From Acidobacteriota bacterium (GTDB taxonomy: Bacteria > Acidobacteriota > Blastocatellia > Pyrinomonadales > Pyrinomonadaceae): a stretch of DNA of 64,000 nucleotides. This document shows positions 52,960 through 64,000 of this stretch, one piece after another. Each line of letters opens with the position of its first letter. Position 1 is the first letter of the stretch. The notes under the pieces are model-generated. The model saw only the letters and a program-made list of their open reading frames with translations, made no database searches and was not told where the DNA came from. The stretch lies in contig JADJBB010000005.1 of NCBI GenBank assembly GCA_016703965.1, forward strand, positions 1,471 to 65,470, read 5' to 3'. The translations under genes were made by a program, and so were the position numbers.

Positions 52960-55900
52960 TTATTCCTCCGTGAACTCTCCTTCCACGTCCTTTTCAAACC
53001 ACGCATAAAGCGTCGGCAGGATCAATAGGGTCAACAGCGTTGATGTTATGAGTCCGCCAATTACAACTGTCGCAAGCGGGCGTTGAACTTCCGCACCCGC
53101 CGATGTTGCCAGAGCCATCGGGATAAATCCAAGACTCGCAACGAGAGCAGTCATCAGAACCGGACGCAAACGGGTCATTGAGCCTTCGTTAACGGCTTCG
53201 ATCACGGATTTTCCTTCTTCGCGTAGATGATTGATAAAACTTATCATCACGACGCCGTTCAATACCGCAACGCCAAATAAGGCGATAAATCCCACGCCCG
53301 CCGAGATCGAAAACGGCATTCCGCGAAGTGCGAGTGCAACCACACCGCCGACAATCGCGAACGGAATCCCGGTGTAGATCATTAAGGCCTGCTTTGCCGA
53401 ACCGAAGGTCGAGAACAGCATTACAAAGATCAGGAACAACGCGATCGGTACGACGATCAACAGGCGGTTGGTCGCACGTTCGAGATTTTCGAACGCTCCA
53501 CCCCACTGGAGATAATATCCAGGCGGCAATTTCACTTCTGTTCCTATCTTTTCCTTTGCCTCGGCGACGAAACTTGCAATATCGCGGTCGCGTACGTTGG
53601 TCGAGACGACTATCCTTCGCCGTGTAGCCTCGCGGGAGATCTGCGCCGCACCCTCGACCAGAGCAATGTCGGCGACCTGTGCGAGCGGGACACGCTGACC
53701 ATTTGGGGCCGTTAGGATCAACGCCCGAACCGATTCGACAGACTTACTAGAGTCCTCATTCAACCGCAGGACTATATCGAAACGCTGTTCGCCCTCAAAA
53801 ACCTCGCCCGCTTTCTGGCCCGCAAAGATCGACTCGACCAGCTCATTTACATTCTCAACGTTTAAACCATAGCGGGCTATCGCCGCACGGTCCGGTTTGA
53901 TCTGTAGCTGCGGCAAGCCCGTCGTGACCTCGACCTTTGTCTCCTCCGCACCATTGACCTTCGCAAGAGTTCTTTCGATCTCTTCGCCTTTTTCTGCCAG
54001 AACTTCAAGGTCGTCTCCAAAGAGCTTTACGGCAAGATCCCCTCGTGTTCCCGCGATAAGTTCATTTACGCGCATTTCGATAGGCTGTAGATATTCTAAA
54101 GAAGCCGCTCCCGGAACTTCCGATTCAAGCTTTTTCGACATTTCTTCGATCAATTTTTCTTTAGACCACCCCGACTTCCATTCATCAATCGGATGGAGCA
54201 TCACGAAAACGTCGCATTGATTTAGACTCATCGAATCCGTCGCGACTGCTGGAGCACCGCATTTAGAGACGACTGTCTTGACCTCAGGAAAGCCTTTGAG
54301 GGACTTTTCCACTTGGGTAGTTACAACCATCGATTGTTCGAGCGAGACGCTAGGTAAAAGCTGCATTCCAACCAAAAGGTCGCCCTCATCAAGGCGCGGG
54401 ATAAACTCTCCGCCGAGATAGGGGAAAACGATTCCCGAAATGATAACGGTCGTTACAGCTATTGCCAGAACTTGTGAGCGGAACTTCATTACGAATGCAA
54501 GCGAAGGCTGATAGATGTGCTTTGCCCAACGGATCAAAAAGCTTTCTTTCTCCGAAACATTGCCGCGAAGTATCAATGCAAGCATTGCCGGTACGTAGGT
54601 CAGCGACAGAAGCAATGAACCAAGAAGCGCAAAGATAACCGTCAAAGCCATCGGTACGAACATCTTGCCCTCGATGCCGCGAAGGCTGAGGATCGGCAAA
54701 TACACGATGCCGATGATCGCCACTGCGAAAACTACGGGACGCGCGACTTCGAGACAGGCTTCGAGAATCGTGCGCTCCGGCGGCTCACGTGATCCTTCGT
54801 GCTGCGCCTCCGCTCGGCGACGAACAACGTTCTCGACCATTACTACCGCCCCGTCAACTATCAACCCAAAATCCAGTGCACCCAGACTCATCAGGTTTCC
54901 TGATACGTTGAAAATTCTCATCAGAATCGCGGCAAATAACATCGAAAGCGGAATGATCGTCGCAACCAACAATGCTCCACGCCAGTTTCCCAGTAGCACC
55001 AGCAAAACCAAGATCACAAGTGCCGCACCTTCCAGTAGATTTTTTTCCACCGTCGCGATCGCCCTTTTGACTAGAGAAGTCCGGTCGTAGAATGGCTCGA
55101 TGGTTACGCCCTTCGGCAGAGTTTTGCTGATCTCATCGATCTTCGCCTGGACGCGTTCGGCAACTACGCGGGAATTTTCGCCTTTCAGCATAATCGCTAT
55201 ACCCGAAACGATCTCGCCTTCTCCGTTGGCAGAAGCTGCACCCTGTCGGATACTTTGCCCCTCGACAACTTCGCCGAGATCGCGGACAAATATCGGAACA
55301 CCTTCCTTGCCGGTTTTGACCACGATGTTGGTAATGTCGTCCATCTTTTCGACAAGACCAACGCCTCGCAACAAATACTGCTCCGCACCTTTTTGAATAT
55401 AACCGCCGCCGACCGTGCCGTTATTTGCGGTCACCGCCTCGTGAACATCATGCAGCGTCAATCCGTAGGATTGCAGCTTTTCGGGCGATAGACGCACCTC
55501 ATACTGTTTGCCGTAGCCGCCGTGCGAATTGACTTCGGTCACACCCGGAACGCCCATCAACTGTCGGCGAATATTCCAGTCGTGGATCGTCCTGAGGTCG
55601 GTCGCCGTGTAATTGCTTCCCGGTTCGGCGCGGACTTCGTATTGGTAGATCTCTCCCAAGCCTGTTGCTATCGGCCCCATCTCCGGCGAGCCGATGCCCG
55701 GTGGAATGTTTTCGCGGGCGGTTGCCATGCGTTCGAGAATTAGCTGACGAGCGAAATAAATGTCGGTCGATTCTTCGAAAACGATAGTGACGTTCGAGAT
55801 TCCGAACTTCGAAACCGAGCGTATTTCTTCGACTCCCGGAATTCCCGACATCGCAACCTCGATGGGGAAGGTGATCTGCCGTTCGATCTCAAGCGGCGCG

Positions 55901-56066
55901 AGGCTCGGAGCGTTGGTCAATACCTGGACCTGAACATTCGTCACATCAGGCACGGCATCGATTGGTAAATTTATAAGGCTATACGCGCCCGCCGCCGCCA
56001 TGATCGCAACGAGCAAAGAACGATCAGCTTTTGAGCAATGGAAAATCTTATTAATGCGTTGATCAT
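52960..56066 (-). CDS. czcA: CzcA-type heavy-metal efflux RND pump (one frame break near the N-terminus)
   Basis: 1018-aa ORF plus an N-terminal exon-like piece from the ATG at 56066 (MINALIRFSIAQKLIVL). They join if the A3 run at 56015-56017 is lengthened by one base. HME signature ALDFGLIVDGAVVMVEN. Confidence 0.9.
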
Positions 56067-56070
56067 ATTT

Positions 56071-57569
56071 TTAGTGATCGTCCCCCATTGCACCTTTTTC
56101 AAGCTGTGTCTTTAAGGTGAAACTGCCTTTCGTCACAACCTTTTCGCCAAGCTTTAATCCTTCAATAACTTTCGTGTAACCGTTTATATCTGCCCCGGCC
56201 TCGATCTCGCGCACTTCATAAGCGCCCGGCTCGTCGTCGCGCGGAACAAAGACGACGGTTTTGTCACCCGTTCGCTGGACTGCGGATGATGGCACAACCA
56301 ACTCTTCGCCGCTCTCCGCATTCGTTCCCGTATAGAAACCCACCTCCGCGAACATTCCTGCCCGAAGCTTTCCGTTCGAATTTGGAACCTCAAGCCGCAC
56401 ACGTCCGGTTCGGGTCGTTTCATCCAATTGCGGGTCAATGTAGGAAACGCGACCGCTGACCGTTCCGATAGCGGGCGACGTAATTTCTGCGACCGAACCG
56501 ACACGAAGCCTTGCCATACTTGTTTCCGGCACATTTGCGATCACGTAAACCGTTCCCAGATTCGAGATCGAAAAATTGGAGTCGCCGCCTCTATACCCGC
56601 TCCAGCGTTAAACTTTCTTTCTGTGACAACACCAGAAAGCGGCGATCTCAGAGAAACAAGCGACGTGTCGCTACGATGATCGTCCGGCTTGCCCGACTCG
56701 ACAGGAACACCAAGCGCCCGCATTTCGTCCTCGATATGCCGCAGATCGACCTGGGCCGTTTCGACCTCGGCTCTCGCTTCCTGCAATTCTTTGTTGAGAG
56801 CGATATTGGACTGAAAATCAAAGTCCGCCTTCGCAGTTTTGTAAACTGTTTCTGCTGCGATCAAATCTTTTCCAGCACCCGCCCCGAGTTCGATAAGTCG
56901 CCTCGTTCGCTTCAACGTAGCTTCGGCCTCATCGAGCTTAGCTTTTGCCTGTAGTACAGCTACGCGGTTCTCAGATTTTTGCACACGCGTCAGATTTCGC
57001 TGAACTAGCTCATATTTAGTTTTAGCCTCGTGCATTTTGCCGTGCATCTGCGCGAGTTGCGGACTCGAAATAACGGCAAGCACGGCTCCCTTTTGCACAT
57101 TGTCACCAACACCGTAGAAAACTCTCTCGATTCTTCCGCCAACTAATGCCGTCGCCATCTCGGTCGTCTCAGGATTCAATTCGACCGCACCCGTAACCAT
57201 TAATCGGGCAATTGCCGGTCGTTGAGTGACGGTTTCCGTGACGATACCGGCGGACTCGATCATCTCAGGATCGAGCTTAACTTCTTTGCCTTTCTCGTCC
57301 TCAGAATGTCCCGGCTCTTCCTTATGTTCCTCGCCGGTAGCTTTATCTCCGCTTGCGGAGTTTTTGTTAACGATCCACGCAATTCCAATTATCGCGATAA
57401 GACCGACGACCGCCGCCGTGATGATCCACGCCCTGGCTGATTTAGCTGTACCGGGCCGCGTAGACTCGACTTTGAGATCTGCCGAATCCAGATTGTTCTC
57501 AAGACGTTCAAGCTCTGCTTCGTCGTTTCTTTCGTACTCGTTTGGTTCTGCGATATTCTTGTTTGACAT
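56071..57569 (-). CDS. czcB: CzcB-type efflux RND periplasmic adaptor (one frame break)
   Basis: ORFs 56541..57569 and 56071..56544 join if the A5 run at 56571-56575 is lengthened by one base (..ATPIFSISNLGTVYVIANVPE..). Confidence 0.85.
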
Positions 57570-57582
57570 AACTTCTTCAGAT

Positions 57583-58959
57583 TTACAGTGTGATTCCTAG
57601 TGCAATAAAAAGATCCGCCCGCCCGATAGCGTTCCGTCAGAGTCTCGGTCAGATCACGGTTGGCATCCAACAATCTGCGCTGTTCCGCAATTAGATCGGT
57701 AATCTTGAGTTCTCCCAGTTCATAAACTCTTCTAATGGTTTCAATGTTTTGACGCGAGCGGCAGCACGGCGGTTTCGAGGTCATTAGGGATCGGTTGGCC
57801 GCTTCGATCCGTTGAAATGCAACAGTAATCTCGTTCTTAATAAACTGCTCGGCAAACGCACGGCGTTCCTGAGCCTGGCGTATCGTGATCGCCGCTTCCG
57901 CCTTTGCTCCCTGATTCTTGTTGAATAGCGGCAGCAATTTGCAACACCAAAGGTTAGCGATCGATCGCGATCCTGCGGAAATGGGCCGGTCGGTAGATCG
58001 ATGGATGAACGTCCCTGAGTGTAACGGGTATAAGCAGTTAGATCCGGCCTGCTCTGAGAATTGATCAGCCGCAGACCGGCGCAAGCTGCTCGTCTAGCTC
58101 TGCAAGCCGAATCTCCGGCCGGTTGCGCAAACCGACGGCAATACCTGTGTCGATGGAGGGTGGAAGTGACGGGAGAGTCGCCGTTGATATATCTTCGCGA
58201 AGTTTGAAAGGCGCTTGCGGCTCGACTCCGGCGTAGAATCTCAATCGTGTCAGTGCGGCCTGCAGCCGTCCCTCAACTAACTGCCGGCGGGCCCGCAGCC
58301 GCTCAACCTCGGTTTGCAGAAGGCTAAGTTCGAGCGGCGGTGTCTCGCCTTCGTTTACGCGGATCTGCACAAACTCGACGGTCCGCACGTCAAGACTTAG
58401 CAATTCCTCTGACACCTGTAGCTCACGCAATGCCGCGAGGGCTTCGGTGTAAGACACAAATATCTGACTCGCCAGAGTTCGCTGCCGGGCAGTGATCTCA
58501 GCCTCTCGCAAGGTGATTTCGGCATTTGCCACATCAATGCGCCGCTGCCGTCGCCCGAATAGTTCGAGTGGAACCGCGATCCCGGCGCTGAACTGGCTGT
58601 CACCGGGCGACCCGGCCAGACGGCCGGAACTTTGTTCAACCTCAAGCGTCGGATTTGGCCGCAGCCCAGCCTGGGTCAGGCGAGCCCTGGCTTTATCGAC
58701 TTCGAGACGGGCGATCTTTATGTCGCCGTTTGTTTCAAACGCAAGTCTGATAATCTCAGCCAGCGACATACCGTCCGTCTGACTATAATAATTTGGCACC
58801 AACAGAATCGTGGAAAGCGTTGGTTCTGATGGGAATGTCGCCCGTCGAGGGAGTTGAATCTCTTCCAACTATTGCTACCTGCGACTGACCAAAACTAGTA
58901 CTTGTTAAGATGGCAACTGCCAAAAGTAACGCCAACGGCACGTCTACCAAAAAGAACAT
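57583..58959 (-). pseudogene. czcC: CzcC/TolC-family outer membrane efflux protein (at least four frame breaks)
   Basis: Signal peptide from the ATG at 58959 (MFFLVDVPLALLLAVAILTSTSFGQSQ). Then ORF 58065..58868, and parts of ORF 57389..58084 (LPLFNKNQGAKAEAAITIRQAQERRAFAEQFIKNEITVAF...). The corrected tail is ..RYRAG.DLFIALGITL, with the stop at 57583-57585. Confidence 0.75.
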
Positions 58960-59828
58960 ACATAAACCTGATCCTTAATTAGAAACTGGAAAATCTCGCT
59001 TGTCTCCCGGCAATAAGCTAGGATAAAAAGCAGTCGTTTCGATTGAAAGAATTAGGCTGTTCTAGGCGGACGGAAGAGTTGAGTTAGGCTTGAATTAGAA
59101 TACCGTCCTACGTACGTATCGGACTGTGAAAACTCTCTAATTTATTCGTAGACTTGGTGGATGGAATTGCGAAATATCCCGTGACGACATGGGAACAGCA
59201 GCAAAAGCACGTATCATCGTCGCAATCCTGAGTCGGGTCGTTTCCTTGTCGGGGTTCCCCGTCTGACTGCAGACGAGTTTGAATGGATTTAGTAGCGGAG
59301 CGGCTGTCAGGATCGCGGGCAGTCTTTGAAAGATGGTGGGCGGGTGGAATGCCGACGGCCTCGTTTCCACAATAGGCTTGAAGAACGCTAACATCCGCTA
59401 CCGCATAAGCTTACAAACAAAAAGCAACAAACTTGAGCTTGTTCCTTAATCTTATTTGAGACTTTGAGGCGATTCGACCATAAGAATTCTTAATCACTAC
59501 AATCCTCACCACGCAATGTCAAAAGTGGTCGAATGAGACGAAGACAAACTTAATTTTCTTTACTGGAGGGCAAAAAGTCAATCTAAGGACGGTTCCGTTA
59601 CGCCACCCTCGACGGTTTAATGACGCGCGGTGCTGTGTGGCAATTTTTGTGCTATCGAGAAGCTCAGGTCCACTCCCTTCTCTTTTGTCGTTGCCGTCAT
59701 GCCTCAAGAGTGACGTGAGTATGATCTCCTCTTCCGAGGTGCAAGACGCGAACCACGAGTGCATAGATAAAGCTTTCTACACTCAAAGCTAACTCCGTGT
59801 TTCCTAAGGAGGTTTTACTCTGCCAAAT

Positions 59829-62231
59829 TAAAAACTCACCTTGATTCCGGTTTGAACGAGACGCGGACCTGAGGGCAGCAATCCACGCGTACGGTCAACG
59901 ATGTATATCCGGTCGAGCAAGTTCTTACCCGTAACGAAAAATGTCATCCTCCATTTCTCGACGATAGTTTGCCGTCGCGTTCCAATAAGTTTGGCTTAGT
60001 ATCGCTCCAAGCTGGCCATTCAGTTCGGGTTAACCGCGTTCAAATCGTCGCCGAACTGGCCCGATGTAAACGTTTTCCAGAAAAGCGTCGAAACCGGGGA
60101 TGCGAATATCGATGCTTTCATCGTCATAAGGACACGCGGTGCATACGGGAAGGCGATTTGCCGTAATCGAACAACTCCTGGCCGAGACCCGCCTGGTTGT
60201 CGGGCGCGTACACATTAAGTGTTGCCGAACTGGTGATAGAGCCAGGCGCATGCCACCCGGAACTCCGCCGTCGGCAAAAGGTATAGGCGGTTCGCAGGTA
60301 AAAGATTATGGGGGCCACGAAAAACAGAGCCGGAATCGATCTGCCCCGTAAATTTAAAACCCCTGCAGTAGTGTGGCTCCGACGTTTGCAAAGGACGCCC
60401 GCCAGCTATCGAAAACCGCCACGATCCGATTCTGATAATCGTTGCGGAAAAAATGCGGCCGAAAATCGGTTCCTCTGAGTGGTCGAGTTCGCACTCCGAC
60501 CTCATAGTTCCAACTCAATTTGAATCAAAAGCTCGATCACGCCGCCAGAATTTGTTACGACGTCCCCACTCTGGGAGGGGAAAACCCTCGATGAACGCCC
60601 ACAAGCGTAGTATCTCTTTACACCCGGAGTAAGCGATGCCAAACCCGGAATGATCTCGGTCACGGTTGTTTTCCCACCGGTCGCCCCCGCTCCGTTGTTG
60701 GCAGGGACGATTGTTCGGCAAAACACGCGCTCAAAACGTACGCCCGGCGTCAATGCGAGGTCCTTCCATGCAAAGCGATGTTGAATAAATCCGAGTGAGC
60801 GAAAGCTTTACGCTCGTTGTTTTCCCAAAGTGCCGTCGCGATGTTGGAAGGTCGCCATTTCGCTGGATCCGTTCCTGATCTTCGCCATGAACTTGAAAAC
60901 CGACGACAAGTTAATTCGCAACTGATCCGAAATTGAAGTTGTGGTCAGCCGCGTCTCGACGCCCCGAGTAAGATAATCGCGAAGCCTTCCTTCGTTGCCG
61001 CAGGTGGTGTTCGTACGGCCAGGCTGAGGCAGTCGGATCGACATTCAAACGATTAGGACATGACTGGAATTGGACGACTGACGCCACCAGTCGCGTGAAA
61101 AAATAGTTTGATAAAGCTAGTCGTCGATTGATTTTAGGTCAGAACCGCGGCGTGCTGCAGCGAGAAACCGGACCTGCGGCCATAAAAAGGAAATCGTTCT
61201 TGAATACGTTGCCGCGGGGGTCTGCGGCGAATTCCGCCTCGGTTGCACCTGTGTAGGTTCGATTCGAATCCTCGAAAAGAAAGTAAATTTCTCCAGTCAG
61301 GCGTTGCGAGCGTTTAACTGCAAAACCGATTTGTTCGAAAAATCATACAACCTAAAACTTGTGCTCTCTCTCGACCCGTTACCCCTGCTTATGATTGAAA
61401 TCGAAAATCGTTAAGTTTGCCAAACGTGCCGCCAACCTGCTCCGCCGTTGAAAAAAAAACTATTGCCGCCTTCTAGTTTGAAATTAAAGTCGGTTTATCG
61501 GGCGGATTGGGTGTCAGATAATTGATTAGGCCTGCAATCGTTTGTGGGCCATAAGCAATCTGACCCGATCCCTTTAGGACCTCGATCGACTCCGTATCTC
61601 CACCGGAGGATGGTAGTAGATGCATTATCTCCGTAGGGTGCATAAGACAATGGAAGTCCATCTTCAACCCCAACACCCTGGTTGAGCGCGTCGGATTGGT
61701 GCTGTGAATGCCGATGTTGGGTCGCAAACCAAACCCCTCCTCATCCCTACATTCACACCGGATACTTTCCTGAGCACTTCGGAGAAATTGAACGCGGCTG
61801 CTTTCCAGTGTTTGCTATCGATCCGTTCGATAGGACCCGGAATTTCAGGCTTTCCGGGGGTTCCAGCTGAGATAGCTTGACGTAACTGAAACGCTCACTG
61901 CAATGCCTCCGGGGTTGTGGTAAAAGACGACGAAGCTGCGTCGACGGGATCATACTTTCACTGCTAGTCTCGCAAAACCCATGGCACCGATCGTGACGTC
62001 ATCACTTACCATCTGACATATTTGTAAGCGAGTACCGGCCCTTCGCCGTCTGTTACGGCTTTTGCAACCAACCCGGCATCCTGATGCCGAACTCAGCGTT
62101 TCCCGCATCTACGTCGCCGTTATCAACAATTCGCCCCTCCACGCCGTTACGCCCCTGTCTGAATAACCATGATTACGGCAAAAATGGAAAAGGCTAAACT
62201 AAGCAACGGATCCCGCAGCAATATTCTTCAT
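59829..62231 (-). pseudogene. TonB-dependent receptor with N-terminal CarboxypepD_reg-like domain, heavily frame-broken
   Basis: ATG at 62231 (MKNIAAGSVA...). Fragments include TDGEG.Y.L.NMSDGK and the plug motif IEVLKGSGQIAYGPQTIAGLINYLT (ORF 61473..61727). The C-terminal end is FFVTGKNLLDRIYIVDRTRGLLPSGPRLVQTGIKVSF, with the stop at 59829-59831. Only 60-96-aa ORFs remain. Confidence 0.7.
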
Positions 62232-62493
62232 AAAAACACCAGTTAGATTACGAGCCACTAAAAACAAGAAATCTTATTGAAATCGATTTCTCAATTTCAT
62301 AATAGTAAAGTACAAGACCCTGTCGGCAGTGTCAAACTTACATATTGCAGTGGCAAATGAAGGCGACGTTAGCTTGTTACCGATTGATGATTTGAGGCTG
62401 ATACGACAGGTCCGCCTGGTTCTCCTGGCCCGGGATTTATTTAACTGACCCGTACGTTGGGTAGAAGTTGAAACACCACGTCAAATCCACTTA

Positions 62494-63480
62494 TTAATAA
62501 TTACGACGTGGTTTGGGGCGAGCTCTAGTCCAACTCGTGCGATCATCGAACAATCTCTCGGAAGCGATGATGATCCCGCCTGGCACACTGTCGGATTCAA
62601 CTATTTCAAACTTCCCTTCACGGTACCTGTATTTTCCGCGGTTTGAAAAGTAGAGGGAAATCGGCTCAATTTGAGGATTGGAGACATAACGCACTGTTAC
62701 AAGGCTCTCAACATCAGTGACCGTAAAATATTAAACTGGAAGGCCTTTTGATTCCAGCTTCATACGCCCATTCCGCCAGTTGTACGACTGGTTTCACCAA
62801 TCCGCTCGCCAAATCCACTGCTCCTAAAAAGTTTTTCCGTGTGTCGGCCCAGAAGGTTTAAGAAAACAGCAAAAGCGTGCCGGAATCCATGGTGCCTTCA
62901 ATCGTCTGATAAATCTCGTGAGTCAACGAGTGTCGCAGGCGGCGCTTATAGAACTAAAGCCTTCGATCGTCCGTTGTGGATCCACATAACGCCCTTTGAC
63001 GGAATGGTTGACAATTGACTTTCGGGATAACCATTCCGGGCGATGCGGAGCGAACGTGCGAGCGGAAAAACAGGACGATCGGATATGTTGAGCCAAATTC
63101 AACAGGTTGCGATTCGCTCCAGGCTGGAGTTATGCTGGTAAAAACACATGCCTCGTTGGAAATCGTTGGTGAATACCAACCAACCGCCAAACGCATCGCC
63201 ATTCAGTGGCTCGCTCAGTTCTTTGGACTTATAACTTTGACGAATGAGTGAGTTAGCTGGATTTGAAATCAGGTCAGGAGCAAAATTTCCTTCCCAAATA
63301 ACCGAGAAATCTACATCGCGATTGTCTCTACGTCTAGCGGATAAACGGATTCTACATAATCAAGCGGGCGACGCGTGAATTCTTTACACCCCTCTGAATA
63401 AAAAAGTAGTCTTTGCCATCCTTAATTCAACGAATAGCTGGCGGCTTCTTCGTCAATCTCCATTTTACAAACCAAGTCTA
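62494..63480 (-). pseudogene. frame-broken ORF remnants of unknown function
   Basis: Protein-like stretches occur in alternating minus-strand frames (NRDVDFSVIWEGNFAPDLISNPANSLIRQSYKSKELSEPLNGDAFGGWLVFTNDF; LRHSLTHEIYQTIEGTMDSGTLLLF; VRYVSNPQIEPISLYFSNRGKYRYREGKFEIVESD). I could not recognise a family. Confidence 0.25.
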
Positions 63481-63486
63481 TAATCA

Positions 63487-64000
63487 TCATGTTCTCCATA
63501 AATGTGCGGCAAAGCAGGCCGTACTCCGACAACTCGTATCCGACGTTAGTGATGCGTCGGGTCCCTCATGTATTTCAGCACGGAGCAGGAAGCCGCCGTC
63601 TGTGACGATCTTGTCGCCGACATTCAGCCCTTCTTCGAGAACAATGAACCACCGTTGTTTTCTTGTGCCGAGACGCTTCACTTTATATTAAAGACATTTT
63701 GGTTTGTCGGTGGCGACGAAAACAACCTGTTTGTCGTTCTTATTTTGGACGGCAGACGACGGATCATCGGCATTGTGCGTTCGGCCATCCCACCCGCCAA
63801 AGGCGACGTTTAGCGTACATTCCGATCTTCAAGACTTATCCCGGATTGTCGAGTTCGACTCTGACTTGTGCGTGCGCGTGTTTCGGGGCTGATATTTGGG
63901 TCGATGTAGGTTACGTGACCGCGAAAGAGCCTGTCAGGATAGGAGCCGGTGCAATGCTTGCTCCGCTTCCATCACGAACTGATGAAAGGTCCTTTTCAAA
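63487..64000 (-). pseudogene. efflux RND periplasmic adaptor, C-terminal part (frame-broken; 5' end beyond the window)
   Basis: Own translation in shifting frames: FRGHVTYIDPNISPETR..VRVELDNPG..LKIGMYA... and VKRLGTRKQRWFIVLEEGLNVGDKIVTDGGFLLRAE. This parallels the CzcB C-terminus at 56071-56544. Confidence 0.55.

Overview
The window looks like an Acidobacteria-type chromosome segment. Support: a VWFA-related acidobacterial-domain protein, a TonB receptor with an N-terminal CarboxypepD_reg-like domain, and a perfect sigma-54 promoter.

Six blocks:
1. 1-3.7 kb: MacAB-like efflux genes, a cupin protein and a Crp/Fnr regulator.
2. 4.0-14.5 kb: a tightly coupled ten-gene nitrate-to-ammonium operon. 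It encodes an unusual module (NarI-like membrane subunit, Nas/NarB-like molybdoenzyme, four-cluster ferredoxin, Rieske protein), then nrfH, nrfA, two narK-type transporters and mobA.
3. 14.6-17.0 kb: VOC protein, methyltransferase and an ECF sigma / anti-sigma pair.
4. 17.4-38.8 kb: an accessory island. Two related tyrosine integrases, each next to a partial tRNA-Pro(GGG), bracket it. Inside are two about 5.6 kb near-identical copies of an RHS/YD-repeat toxin operon. Each copy ends in a different C-terminal toxin domain followed by a different exported WD40 protein. An AbiE-like wHTH/nucleotidyltransferase pair lies between the copies.
5. 38.9-59.0 kb: a heavy-metal resistance island. It holds two P1B ATPases, CDF, czcCBA with a P-II-like gene, a ZIP-fusion transporter, ArsR/SmtB with its operator, DUF302 and DUF3703. 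It also holds a Cys-rich ORF that is absent from the ORF track and three paralogous small membrane proteins.
6. 59.8-64.0 kb: a frame-break-riddled TonB-dependent receptor, an unidentified ORF remnant and an efflux adaptor fragment.

Main caveat: I located about 20 reading-frame breaks by eye, and the more fragmented genes (RHS copy B, czcC, the TonB receptor) contain many more. Most of those traced to a base are 1-nt length changes in short homopolymers. Many apparent pseudogenes are therefore probably sequencing or assembly errors, not biology.

I recognised no rRNA, complete tRNA, CRISPR array or transposase.
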